A DNA stretch of 64,000 nucleotides from Octopus vulgaris (taxonomy: Eukaryota): positions 7,936,001-8,000,000 of the forward strand of contig OX597839.1 of assembly GCA_951406725.2 (NCBI GenBank), read 5' to 3'. Of the stretch, positions 13,077-26,746 are shown piece by piece. The position numbers were made by a program, and so were the translations under genes. The notes below the pieces were generated by a model, which made no database searches, was not told where the DNA came from, and saw only the letters and a list, made by a program, of their open reading frames with translations. The number at the start of each line of letters is the position of its first letter. Position 1 is the stretch's first letter.

Positions 13077-15475
13077 GGTGGTGGAGGCGGTGGTGATGGC
13101 GGTGGTCGTTGTGGTGGTGGTGGTGGTCGTCGTCGTCGTGGTAGTGATGGTGGTGGTGGTGGTGGTGGTGGTTGCGATGGTGGTGGTGGTGGTGGTGATG
13201 GTGGTGGTGGTGGTGATGGTGGTGGTGGTGGTGGCTGTAGTGGTGGTGGTAATGGTGGTGGTGGTGGTGGTGGCTGTGGTGGTGGTGCTGGTCGTCGTTG
13301 CGGTAGTGATGGTGGTGGTGGTGGTGATGGTGGTGGTGGTGGTGTGGTGGTGGTGGTGGTGGCTGTGGTGGTGGTGGTGGTGGTGGCTGTGGTGGTGGTG
13401 GTGGTCGTCGTCGTCGTCGTGGTAGTGATGGTGGTGGTGGTGGCTGTGGTGGTGGTGGTGGTGGCTGTGGTGGTGGTGGTGGTGGCTGTGGTCGTCGTCG
13501 TGGTAGTGATGGTGGTGGTGGCTGTGGTGGTGGTCGTCGTCGTGGTAGTGGTGGTGGTCGTCGTCGTGGTAGTGATGGTGGTGGTGGTGATGGTGGTGGT
13601 GGTCGTCGTCGTCGTGATAATGGGTGTGATGTTTGTGGCAGAGTTGTCCGTAGTCGTAGTGGTTGACTGTGAAGCTGTCGTCTGGTTTCTTCCAATTCTT
13701 CTTTGTGTCGGTGGCGGAGTTGGCGTCCATGATCACACCTGCACCTGTCTTGCTCCTCCCCTTCTTCCCCTCCTTCATGAAGCTGTGGGAAGGCAGGGTA
13801 AGGAAATCAACGTCGTAAGCGTTGTCAAGGAGACCGACGTTCTTTTCGACGACGACTTCATGGCTTGAAGACGGCAAAACAGAAATGGCTAAGAAAGACG
13901 AAAGCAGATTCTACAAAATGGGGAAACACACCACACGGGGCAGGTTTCCCGTGCAAAGAATTTACACATCCGAATGTATTGGTTGTTGCACAACTTTTAC
14001 ATAAAGAATATTATCCAAACACAAACTTTTGAAGTTTAGTATTGTGTTTTTTTGTTTTTAACGCTTGTGAAAAATTGGATTCGTTTTTGGTGGTAGTGTT
14101 GGTGGTAGTGTTGGTGTCACTTGTAGTAGTTGAAGTTGTAGTAGTGGTGGTGGTGTTTGCAGTTATTGTAGACGGCAAAACGACGATATCCTTGTTGTTG
14201 TTGGTGGTGGTGGTGGCGGTGGTCGTTGTGGTGGTGGTGGTGGTGGTGGTGGTGGTGGTGGTGGTGGTTGTGGCCGTCGTCGTGGTAGTGATGGTGGTGG
14301 TGGCGGTGGCGATGGTGGTGGTGATGGTGGTGGTGGTGATGGTGGTGGTGGTGGCTGTGGTGGTGGTGGTTGTGGTTGTGGTGACGGTGGTGGTGGTGGT
14401 GGTGACTGTAGTGGTGGTGACGATGGTGGTGGTGGTGGTTGCTGTGGTGGTGGTGGTGCTGGTCGTCGTTGTGGCAGTGGTGGTGGTGGTGGTGGTGGCG
14501 GTGTTGGTGGTGGTGGTGGTGGTGGTGGTTGTGGTTGTGGTGATGGTGGTGGTGGCTGTGGTGGTGGTGGTGGTGGTGGTCGTCGTCGTCGTCGTCGTGG
14601 TGGTGGCTGTGGTGGTGGTGGTCGTCGTCGTAGTGATGGTGGTGGTGGTGGTGGCGATGGTGGTGGTGGCGGGTGGCGGTGGTGGTGGTGGTGATGGTGG
14701 TGGTGGTGGTGGTGGTGGTGGCTGTGGTGGTGGTGGTGATGGTGGTAGTGACGGTGGTGGTGGTGGCTGTAGTGGTGGTGGTTATGGTGGTGGTGGTGGC
14801 GGTGGTGATGGTGGTGGTGGTTGTGGCTGTGGTGGTGGTGGTGGTGGTGGTGGTGGTTGTGGTGATGGTGGTGGTGGTGGTGGCTGTGGTGGTGGTGGTC
14901 GTCGTCGTCGTGGTAGTGATGGTGGTGGTGGCTGTGGTGGTAGTGACGGTGGTGGTGACGGTGGTGGTGGTGGTGGCTGTGGTGGTGGTGGTGGTGGTGG
15001 TCGTCGTCGTCGTCGTGGTAGTGATGGTGGTGGTGTTGGTGGTGGCTGTGGTGGTGGTCGTCGTCGTGGTAGTGGTGGTGGTCGTCGTCGTGGTAATGGT
15101 GGTGGTGTTTGTGGCAGAGTTGTCCGTAGTCGTAGTCTTTGACTGTGAAGCTGTCGTCTGGTTTCTTCCAATTCTTCTTTGTGTCGGCGGCGGCGGAGTT
15201 GGCGTCCAAGGCTCACACCTGCACCTGTTTTGCTCCTCCACCCCCTTCCCTCCTTCATGAAGCTGTGGGGAAGGCAGGGTAAGGAAATCAACGTCGTAAG
15301 CGTTGTCAAGGAGACCGGCGTTCTTTCCAACGACGACTTCATGGCTTGAAGACACCAAAACAGAAATGGCTTAAAAAGCCGAAAGCAAATTTACAAAATG
15401 GGGAAATAAGCCACACAGGGCAAGTTTCCCGTGCAAAGAATTTGCATATCCGAATGTATTGGTTGTTGCGCAACA
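12530..15475. repeat. Tandem macro-repeat (about 2.4 units; periods about 1145 and 1476 bp) of unique blocks alternating with (GGT)n tracts
   Basis: Homologous block GTCGTCTGG..GTTG(C)ACAAC starting at about 12532, 13677 and 15153. Confidence 0.9.
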
Positions 15476-15508
15476 TGCTACGAGCCGATGTGTCTATTGT
15501 CCGTCCAT

Positions 15509-15581
<73 letters not shown>

Positions 15582-15752
15582 GGAGAGAGAGAGAGAGATA
15601 GAGATTCAGTATATATATTGATTTGACCTGTGCATAAGCATGCTTGCATTTAAGTAATCCCTTTCACTTATTGTACACCATATAAATTATGTGCGTTACA
15701 CATTCCCCACTTGTATCACACACATACACACACACACACAAATATGTATATG

Positions 15753-15805
<53 letters not shown>

Positions 15806-15854
15806 TCTCCCCCTCTCTCTCTCACTCTCTGTATATATATTCTCTCTTTTCTCT

Positions 15855-16268
15855 TTTACTCTTTTACTTGTTTCAGTCATTTGACTGCGGCCATGCTGGA
15901 GCACCGCCTTTAATCGAGCAACTCGACCCCGGGACTTATTCTTTTGTAAGCCCAGTACTTATTCTATCGGTCTCTTTTGCCGAACCGCTAAGTAACGGGG
16001 ACATAAGCACATCAGCATCGGTTGTCAAGCAATGCTAGGGTGATAAACACAGACACACAAACACACACGCACATATATATATATATATATATATACATAT
16101 ATACGACGGGCTTCTTTCAGTTTCCGTCTACCAAATCCACTCTCAAGGCTTTGGTTGGCCCGAGGCTATAGTAGAAGATACCTGCCGAAGGTGCCACGCA
16201 GTGGGACTGAACCCGGAACCATGTGGTTGGTAAACAAGCTACTTACCACACAGCCACTCCTGCGCCTA
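15855..16268 (-). mobile_element. SINE family A, full-length
   Basis: Reverse complement of the 987-1390 family. Confidence 0.9.
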
Positions 16269-16434
16269 TATATATTGAGTATATAAATATAATCATATTT
16301 TTATAACTATATACTTAAAAATTAATTCTACCGATATGGTCGTATATTTTTTACGCTAGCCATTGATACAATCATTTTAATGATGGTATCCTCAATTTAT
16401 AAGTATACACACACACACATAAATATATATATAA

Positions 16435-16518
<84 letters not shown>

Positions 16519-16964
16519 ATACATATACACACGCATACACGCATGTGTTTAAATAACTATTGAAAACATATTTCCATAATGGACATATAAAACTTATAAC
16601 AAATGGCCGTCACTTCATCGGAAATTGAAATCTAAAATAACTGTTTGAAACGAGGTCAAAATATAACGTTTATTGTTCACATGGTTTTCATTTTGAGTTT
16701 TTAAGTTCTGGTTAATTGTTTGTATCTTAAGACATTTTTTACAGATATTCCATCGAAATTTATAATAGATATATGTGTTTTCGTAAGTGTGAGAGTATGT
16801 ATGTATATGTATACGTACATACATATATATGCATGTATGTACATATGCGTGTATATACGTATCTGTAGATGCCTATGTATGGGGTATGATGTTATAGTAG
16901 TTGTAGTTATTCATGTTCCATATCCTTTCTTGGGACATGAATATACATATATATATATATTCTT

Positions 16965-18196
16965 TTATTCTTTATTTTCAGTTGACTGCGCCGGCCATGC
17001 TGAAGCACCGCCTTTGGTCGAGCAAATCAACCCCAGAACTTAATCTTTGTAAGCCTAGTACTTATTCTATCGGTCCTTCTTGCCGGACTGCTAAGTGACG
17101 GGGACGTAAACACACCAGCATCGGTTGTCAAGTGATGTTGGGGGGGACAAACACAGACACACTAACATACTAACCTATATATATATATTTGCTGATGATG
17201 CCGCTCTGGTATCACACACAGAAGAAGCCCTCCAAAGGCTCATTAACTGTTTTGAGCAAGCATGTAACGACTTTGGCTTAGCTATCAGCCTTAAGAAGAC
17301 CAACATCATGGGTCAGGCTACATCGGACATCCCAAACATACATATTGGAGACCACAGATTACAGGAGGTGGAGAAGTTTACCTATCTTGGCTCTACCGTC
17401 ACCAACAACCTATCCCTTGACGCTGAGCTCAATATACGCATTGGCAAGGCAGCTGCTGCGATGGCCCAACTTTCCAAACGGGCATGGGACAACAATAAGC
17501 TGACCAAGACCACGAAAATGAAGATCTACCAGGCATGTGTACTTAGCACTCTACTGTATGGAAGTGAGACTTGGACGCTATACACACGCCAAGAGCGTCG
17601 CCTAAACATCTTTCACCTGCGCTGCCTCCGGAAAATCCTCCGTATCAAATGGCAGAATCATGTCCCCAACAAAGATGTCCTCAAGCAAGCAGGAATACCA
17701 AGCATGTTTGCACACCTCACACAAAGACGCATGAGGTGGCTTGGACATGTTAGCCGTATGAAAGATGGCAGAATCCCCAAGGACATACTCTACGGAGAGC
17801 TTGCTAGGGGTACTAGGTGTGTGGGTAGACCGTTCTTACGTTACAAGGATGTTTGCAAAAGGGACATGAAGGCCTGCAACATCAATATTAGCAGTTGGGA
17901 AGCAATTGCCAGCAACCGTGGAGATTGGCGACGTACCGTAAAAGAGGGAATATAAAGGAGTGACAGAGAGAGAGAGAGGAGAAATGGAAAGACAAGAAAA
18001 GACGTCAACAAGAAACTATGACACTACAACCAGCCATGAACAGTCTTCGCTACATTTGCAGTACATGCCAGAGGGAGTGTTTGTCCAGGATAGGACTACA
18101 CAGCCACAGCAGGAAATATATTAGGACATGAAATGTAAAAGCCGGACTGGACTATTTTATGCGCAACTCCATTGTCTCCCGAGACAAAAAGGATGT

Positions 18197-18251
<55 letters not shown>

Positions 18252-18288
18252 GACGGGCTTATTTCAGTTTCCGTCTACCAAATCCACA
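16965..18288 (-). mobile_element. SINE family A split by an RTE insertion
   Basis: 3' half at 16965-17185; the sequence resumes (CGACGGGCTT..AATCCAC) at 18250-18288. Confidence 0.8.
17188..18202 (+). mobile_element. 5'-truncated RTE-clade LINE (RT C-terminal half plus 3' UTR)
   Basis: FADD motif, FTYLGS, LLYGSETW, RWLGHV.RM.D.R.PK..LYGEL; premature stop at 17955, then C..C..RIGLHSH; 3' end CCATTGTCTCCCGAGACA hairpin. Confidence 0.92.
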
Positions 18289-18721
18289 AATATATATACT
18301 ATACTATATATTATTTACTATCTATCATTTACATACATATATGTATGTATGTATTCACATATATGTATATATGTATTTATGAATGTATGTATACGTGTGT
18401 GTGTGTGTGTGTGAGTGAGTGTGTGTATGTGTGTGTGTAAGCCAAGATATAGACGACACTAAAGTGACAGAGGGACCCTATCAATAACTACTGAGTTGCT
18501 TTGACTCTTATTTCTAGCAATTACGGAGCTGCTTACTGCCTTTTGTCACTTTAGTGAAGTTAATATTTCTGCATTTAGGTTGTAAAATTGCAAATAAGCC
18601 ACCCATATTATTTATAATTTTCACTTTTTCCGTTTTATGAAATCAGCGTTTGATTTCAATGGAAACACAGACACACAAAACGTATACACACACACACATA
18701 TATATATGCATATACATATAT

Positions 18722-19120
18722 AGGCGCAGGAGTGGCTGTGTGGTAAGTAGCTTGTTTACCAACAACATGGTCCGGGTTCAGTCCCACTGCGTGGTACCTT
18801 GGGCAAGTGTCTTTTACTATAGTCTCGGGCCGACCAATGCCTTGTGAGTGGATTTGGTAGATGGAAACTGAAAGAAGCCCGTCGTATATATGTATGTATA
18901 TGTATATGCGCGCGTGTGTGTTCTGTGTTTATCCCCCTAGCATTGCTTGACAACCGATGCTGGTGTGTTTATGTCCCCGTTACTTAGCGGTTCGGCAAAA
19001 GAGACCGATAGAATAATTACTGGGCTTACAAAAGAATAAGTCCCGTGGTCGATTTGCTCGATTAAAGGCGGTGCTCCAGCATGGCCGCAGTCAAATGACT
19101 GAAACAAGTAAAAGAGAAAG
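18722..19120 (+). mobile_element. SINE family A, full-length
   Basis: Head, core and tail as in 987-1390. Confidence 0.9.
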
Positions 19121-19166
19121 AGAGAGATACATATATATATATATATATATATATACATAGACGTAT

Positions 19167-19217
<51 letters not shown>

Positions 19218-19732
19218 CGACGGGCTTCTTTCAGTTTCTGTCACCCAAATCCACTCCCAAGGCTTTGGTCAGCCCGAGGCTATAGTAGAGGTTTGTTTAA
19301 CGTTTTAGCTAAACAAGCAATCGGTTGATTATTAAAGTTTCGTCGCTATTTGCGACCTCATCCATGATACTTCTCCTCTCTAGAAGGCCTGCCTAGATAG
19401 CGACGAAAGGCATACACACAATGGAAGATGTACGATGCCCTGAGGAATGTAAATGAACATTTAAATCTTATATTTGTCTTGTCTCTTACTGTTCCATTAA
19501 ACTCTTTTATTATGCGTAATTGTTTATGTTATACTTTTCCATAAATTTAAAAACTTCTTCCCACCCCATTTGCTGTATAGCATATATCACTCCTTCCCCC
19601 GTTTTAATATAAATTATTGCTCCGACATCTTTCCTCTGTTACTCGTGTGATTAACGTGTATTTTATTTCATCTAGATTTTCCAGGCCTTGAGGCCATTGA
19701 AGTTATTTTTATATCTATTATTATCAATATGG

Positions 19733-19857
19733 GTTCCGGGTTCAGTCCCACTGCGTGGCATCTTGGGCAAGTGTCTTCTGCTATAGCCCCAGGCCGACCA
19801 ATGCCTTGTGAGTGGATTTTGGTAGACGGAAACTGAAAGAAGCCTGTCGTATTTATG

Positions 19858-19893
<36 letters not shown>

Positions 19894-20115
19894 CGTGTAT
19901 GTTTGTGTGTCTGTGTTTGTCCCCCTAGCATTGCTTGACAACCGATGCTGGTGTGTTTACGTCCCCGTCACTTAGCGGTTCGGCAAAAGAGACCGATAGA
20001 ATAAGTACTGGGCTTACAAAGAATAAGTCCCGGGGTTGATTTGCTCAACTAAAGGCGGTGCTCCAGCATGACCGCAGTCAAATGACTGAAACAAGTAAAA
20101 GAGTAAAAGAGTAGA
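19733..20115 (+). mobile_element. SINE family A, 5'-truncated
   Basis: Begins at the B box; intact tail with (AAAGAGTA)n. Confidence 0.9.
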
Positions 20116-21071
20116 GTATGGTTATCATCGTCAAATTTGGCGGTGCGTGAGAAGAATCGTTAAGAATCGCTTTGCTGCTTCGGTTTTGGCTCTCTACGCC
20201 ACGTTCGAGTCTTGCCGGGATCAACGTTGCTTTTTATCTCTCTGGGGACGATAAAATAAAGTACCATTTAAGTATTGACTTTCATGTAGTCAACTAAACT
20301 CCAAACCCTCAAAAAATTAAATGTGTTATCCTAAATATGAAACAATTATGAGAGCTGTGTCTTGGGACAATCGTTAGGACATCGAACACAAAATATTTTG
20401 TAATATTTCTTCCAGCTCTCAAGGCGGCGAACTGGCGGAATCGTCAGCATGCCGGGCAAAATAATTAGCGGCATTTCATCCGTATTTATGGTCAGGGTTG
20501 AAATTCCGCCGAGGTCAACTTTGCTCTTCATTTTGAGGTCGATAAAATAAGAACCGGTTGAACACCTAGGTTGATGTAATCCCCTTATACTCTCCCACCG
20601 AAGTTCCTGGCTTTGCGCCAACGTTTAACCAAATATCTCATCCGGCTTTTTTAATGCTCTGAGTATAAATCCTGCTTTTGGTCCTCTTGGGGTCGATTGA
20701 GTAAAGTACTAGTTAAGTACTGTCGATCGATGTAATTGCCTAACCACTTTCCTTGTAAACAAGTGCTGACCTTGTACATCAATTGAAAGAATTGCTATTG
20801 TTGTTGTTGTTGTTGTTGTAGTTGCTGAATATGATTTCTATAGAATTTTGTTTTGTGACTCCTGGAACTTCGAACTGAAGAAATGTTTTTTAAGTGCAGC
20901 ATTTACATCTGCCACTAAAACCAAACATTTGGCGCACACAGCTGTACGCACACATACGAACACACACACACACACACATGTTCACATGTATACAAGTGAG
21001 TGCGCACATCTGTCCATGGGTACGCATGATTACATCCGTATTGACTGAGGCATGCATTCAGCATATATATA

Positions 21072-21126
<55 letters not shown>

Positions 21127-21139
21127 ATGTGTGTATATA

Positions 21140-21194
<55 letters not shown>

Positions 21195-22205
21195 ATACAT
21201 TTATACATATATGCATGTATGTATACGCTGAGAAACACGCAAATGCATACACGCATACATGTATATAAAGACGTGCATACACAGACATACACCCATGCGT
21301 GTGCATACCCAGCATGTGGATATATGTGAACAATTTCAGCATCTATGAGTCAAAGGAAAGTGGAATAAGGAGCGGAGGAGGTGGAAATTAAACAAAAGAA
21401 GTCGCTTAAAGAATTAAAAAGAAAAGAGCAAAAAGCGAAACTCCCCCCCATCTAAATGGTAAGAGTGGGGAATTCTTCACATCCAGGTCGATATTTCCTC
21501 TGCATTGTTTTATCTATTTATTTAATATTTTATTTTTATTTTTATTTATTTCTTTTTTTTTTCTTTTTTTTTCCTTTCTGAAAAGAAGGGTCCGCCAAGG
21601 GATCGAACAGGAGCGACTGTAATGGGCTGGGATGTGGGGATTTTGGTAAATGATGGGATAGGATGGAATGGGATGGCAAAGGATGGGAAGCAATTTTTTT
21701 TTTTCTGGTGATATTGTTTGAGGAACAAAAATCAAGAACAAAAATAATAAAACAAAAATACATAAATAATGCCAAAATGTAAAAGACAGATAAAAATCAA
21801 AAACAACCGCTACCCAGAGAATGGAAGACTATTTTGCACAATGCTGCAATATGCACAAACAATTGGTGCCGTATGTTGCAGTCTGTTTATACATTTTTTC
21901 TTTCATTTTTGTCCTAATTCTTTGGCTGTGTTTTTCATGTTTTCCTTTTTTTTTATATTTGGCGTGGGTGTCTGAACGTGTATTTTTATGTTTTTGTTTT
22001 TCGTCTGTGCACCAGCCTGCGCGTCTGTGTATGTCGATATATGTATATGTGTGTGTATATATATATATTTGTGTGCGCTCCCGTGTGTATGTATGTGTGC
22101 GTGCGTGTTTGTATCTATGTATATATATATATTTATATGCATATATATATATATATTTATATGCATATATATATATATATAATGCGTGTGTACGTAAGTA
22201 TATCT

Positions 22206-22249
<44 letters not shown>

Positions 22250-22487
22250 CCGTGTGTATGTATGTACGTGCGTGTTTGTATATGTATATATATATATATT
22301 TATATGCATATATATATATATATATATATATTTATATGTATATATATATATATATAATGCGTGTGTACGTAAGTATATCTGTGTGTATGTATGAGTGTGT
22401 GTGTATGAGAGTAAGGTATGTGTCTGTCTATATATGTATTCGTATATTTGAGCATGTGTTACTGAATTTGTGTCTATATATACATAC

Positions 22488-22525
<38 letters not shown>

Positions 22526-23319
22526 GCATATGCGTGTGTGTGTCTTCCATTATATGTGTTTGTGTAAGCTGCGCATGTGTTTGGGTGTTAGCGTTCTAGT
22601 GTGTGTGTATATCCTTATTTCAGTGTGTGTGTCCATAATCGTTTTATTATTGTTAATGTGCTTTTTTTTCTTTTTCATATATTTATATATTTTCCCTGTA
22701 TTTTTTTTTGTTTTGTTTTTCTTTAAGCATTTTTTTTTTATTTTTGATTCCCAACTATTGTTGGTGCACATATTGTATTTATTCTTGTCGTTAATGGCGG
22801 CCAACTGAATGATGTCTTTAACCGTTGTTGTATTTTTCTATGTTTTTTATTGTTGTCGTTGTTGATCTGGACTCCTAGCATTCTTATTGATATTGTGCAG
22901 AAATAGAGGTAATGATGATGATGATGATGACGACGACGATGATGATCATGATGAGGAGGAGGATGCTGATACTGATGATGACGATGATAACAATCATGAG
23001 GATGATGATAGTGGTGGTGGTGATGATGATGATACTTGATCATGGTGAAGATAAGGGAAAAGTTTGTAGGGGGAGTTTGAAGATGGTCTTAATGATATTA
23101 ATGATGATGATGATGCTGATGATGCTAATAACAATGATGATGGCGATGAGGAGGCTGCTGATGTATGTAAGTACGACCGTAACGTCGATGATGATGACGT
23201 CATTGATATCACGCTTGGTTTCTGTTGTGGGAAATTTGGTTCCTAGTAACGACGACGACAACTACAACTGCTCCCACAAAAATAAAAACAAGAACAATAA
23301 TAATAATGACCCTTTCTTC

Positions 23320-23910
23320 TAAAGGCAGGGGCCCTGAAATTTTGAGGGAGAGGACAAATCGATTACATCAACCCCAGTGTCATACTGGTACTTAATTTAT
23401 CGACCTAGAAAGGATGAAAGGCAAAGGCGACCTCGCGGGAATTTGAAGTCAGAACGTAACAATAATCATAATGATCCTTTCTACTAAAGCTGCAAGAACT
23501 GAAATTTTGGTTTAGGGCACCAGTCGATTACATCGACCCCAGTATACCACTGGTACTTAATTTATCGACACGGAAAGGATGAAAGACAAAGTCGACCTCG
23601 TTAGAATTTGAACTCAGACGTAAAGCCGGACGAAATGCCGCAAATCTTTTTGTCCTCCATGCCTAACGATTGTACCAGCTTGCTGCCACATTATTATTAT
23701 TGTTATCATCATCCTTATTATCACTATTATTATTATCATCATTATTATTATTATCACTATTATTATTATTATTGTTGTTGTTGTTGTAGTCGTAGTGGCA
23801 CAAAGCTTGGAATTTTCTGGGAGGGGACTAGTCGATTACATCGACACCAGTGCATAACTGGTACTTATTTTATCCACACCGAAAGGATGAAAGACATAGT
23901 GGACCCCAGT
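23320..23910 (-). mobile_element. Diverged SINE family B fragments
   Basis: CTGGTACTTAATTTATCGAC..GAAAGGATGAAAG motif occurs three times. Confidence 0.8.
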
Positions 23911-23983
23911 GGTATTTAATAATGATACTACTAATGATACTACTAATGATACTAATGATACTAATGATGATGATGATGATGAT

Positions 23984-24645
23984 GAAACCATTGCCCATAT
24001 CACAAACGCATGCCCTAGATTTGCCCAAAACACTACAAGTTGTGGTGACATGATCAGGTAGCGAAAGTGCTACACTGGAAATTGTGCGAAAAGGGGGGGG
24101 TGCTAGAAAGAGGCAAGACTTGGTATGACCCCCAAACCGTAGACTGTGGTCAAGTCGAAGACTAGCAAAATCCTTTGAGATTTCCCAATCCAAACAGATC
24201 ATGTGCTAGAGCATAACCGACCGGACCTAGTGGTGGTGGACAAGATGCACCACATATGCGATACAGTTGACGTTGCATGCTCCTTTGACCCGCGAATAGT
24301 CAAGGAAGAAGGTGAAAAACTAGATAAATACAACCGTCTTAAGTTCGAAATAGCCCTGTAGTGGAAAATGAAGAAATGGAAAATAGTGTCAATTATTGTT
24401 GGATCCATGAAAACAGTATAAGAAGGCATCAAGGGGAATATAGAGGAAATTGGAATAGTGTGCCACGTAGAACTGTTACAAAAGGTTTGCCTCCTAGGCA
24501 CTGTCAGAATAATCAGGAAAGTATTAGATAGTTGAAAAGAACGAATAGTGTGGTACCGTAGGCTGCAGGTAGTAAGTCCGCTACGCATGCAAGACACTTG
24601 GAGTTCCAACAAAAACCGTGATGATAGTATGTAAATAAATGACTA
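23984..24645 (+). mobile_element. R4/Dong-clade non-LTR retrotransposon 3' fragment (zinc knuckle plus restriction-like endonuclease), degenerate
   Basis: Manual translation across frameshifts: ETIAHITNACP..DQVAKVLHWKLC..IQTDHVLEHNRPDLVVVDK..VDVAC..EKLDKY..L..EI..LQKVCLLGTVRIIRKVL; ends in (AAT)n. Confidence 0.85.
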
Positions 24646-26390
24646 AATAATAATAATAATAATAATGACGATAATGCCCTGATGCAGTACCAGACAGTGG
24701 ACGGACGCAATGCCGCTAAGCATTTTGCCCGGCCTGCTAACGAATCTGCCTGCGTGTCGCGTTGTTGTTGTTGATGATGATGATGAAGAAAAGAAGAAGA
24801 AGAAGAAGAAGAAGAAGAAGAAGAAGAAGAAGAAGAAGAAGAAGAAGAAGAAGAAGAAGAAGAAGAAGAAGAAGAAGAACCAGGCAGTGGCTCTCGTGGC
24901 TTCTGATCTTAACTGATTGGAAGTGTTATCATGTACATTGTTTTGTCTTGGCATAAAAGATGGGCTACAGCAAATACTCTGCTCAATACCACAGAACCAA
25001 CAGAAGGCAGCACTAGTACGAACCTATCAACTATGAATTTATAATTTTAAAATCGTATTCCCACTCACCCCTGCTCTATTTATATAAAGTCTTTTTATTG
25101 ATGATATTCTCATATTCTCCTTTCATTTTTGTTTTGCTTTATTCTTCAGCGCTTATTCTTCTCTTAATTTTCCGCAGTAGAATCAGCTACAATCACAAGC
25201 CAAATAAATACGAACACAGCAGAAGTCTTTGAAGTACGGACAAGTAACACACACATATGGATTTTAAAAAAAAACCCACTAAAACACAAGCACATTAACA
25301 ATATCTACAAAAACGAATATGGAATGAAACATAAAAATATTACACTATTATATAGACGGGTGGGTATGTGGTAGGCGATACGTTGTGTTTCTTCATTTTC
25401 TTTTTTTTTTTATCTAATTAAATATTTCACGACAGGTGTCGTAGTTATATTTATAAAACATCGTTGAACTAATTTCCATTGAATGGAGAATAAATTTTTT
25501 TTTAAAAATGACCAAAAGTAACAACAAAAAATAGAAAAGCAAATAGAAATAATTCTTTTTATCCACCGTCTACGCACCCAGTCACAGAAAAGAATAACAA
25601 TAATGAGATTGATACAAAACAAAAAAAAAAAATGATAAAACAAAAAGAAATGTTTTAAATGTAATTTAAAAACAAAATTTGAAAATCAGTCAAGTACAAA
25701 GAAAAAAATTGTACTTTTAACTGTTGTTATTCGTTTGTTTGTGTTTTTTTCTTTTGTTTCGTTTTTTTTTCGTTTTTTTTTTCGTTTTAACCATCGTATT
25801 TAATGCGAAGATGGAGCACTGTCTCAAATGGACGCGAGACTATATTAAAATAAAATCTGCTGATCTAAAGCTACAGATATCTAAATAAAATCTAGACACG
25901 CTACAGATGTAAATCGGTGATTAAACAAAGAAAATTATATTTGAAGCTTATAAAGATTGAAAACGTAAATACTGGTTTAAATAGAATTAAAAACATTAAA
26001 AAAATGAATAAACGTGGCATCACAATCACATGTGAAACGTGTCAGACACTGGAAACCAATTTTGATAGCGAATGGCAAGAGTCTTCACACATTCTCTTGT
26101 ACTGGAAACACAATTTGAATTTTAAATCACGTGGTGAACTTTGAGGAAATACAAACGAAATCTAGAAACTTAAAGTTCAATCTCTTTCACATTCTCTCAC
26201 TTTTTATTTCTCTCTCTATCGCTGAATATATATATATATATGTATATATGATATATATATATATGTATATATGATATATGTATATATGATATATATATAT
26301 ATATATATATGTATATATGATCTATGTATATGATATATGTATATGATATATATATATATATATATATGTATATATGATCTATGTATATGA

Positions 26391-26421
<31 letters not shown>

Positions 26422-26469
26422 GATCTATGTATATGATATATGTGTATATATATATACACATATATATAT

Positions 26470-26640
26470 TCTCTCCTTCTTTCTGTGTTTTTCTCTCTCT
26501 GTGTATCTTTCTGTTGAAGAGCGTAGGCTCGAAACGTTAAAGACTTGTTTTATTTATATTTCCTGAGCGCCATACTAATACAATTGTTCGTTTGTTTTCC
26601 ACCTGCCTTCGTCTTTTGTTTATTTTCATAGCTTCCGTTA
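26470..26640 (+). mobile_element. Short TA-embedded repeat with a hammerhead-like motif
   Basis: Homolog in reverse orientation at 45122-45285; contains CTGTTGAA-GAGC(GTAG)GCTC-GAAACGTT. Confidence 0.6.
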
Positions 26641-26689
26641 TATATATATATATGTATATATGATCTATGTATATGATATATGTATATGA

Positions 26690-26746
<57 letters not shown>

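Noticed and set aside
12870-15209. His-rich metal-binding or beak-type protein gene
   Set aside because: The His frames arise from the (CAC)n tract and switch frame mid-tract; no signal peptide or Gly-His motif repeats
15395-15470. CCCH zinc-finger-like peptide CKFFARETCP..FCKFAF on the minus strand
   Set aside because: No final His, and the frame is not preserved across the three copies
17125-17187. N-terminus of the 276-aa ORF as part of a gene
   Set aside because: It is antisense SINE and TA-repeat sequence fused by chance to the truncated RTE frame
19340-19450. Additional hammerhead-like remnants (GUCGC..GCGAC-GAAA)
   Set aside because: Core boxes are too degenerate to call
25400-25860. 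Possible terminal exon plus AT-rich 3' UTR on the minus strand (..SRPFETVLHLRIKYDG*)
   Set aside because: Only a plausible acceptor and ~16 codons; no recognisable homology or upstream exons
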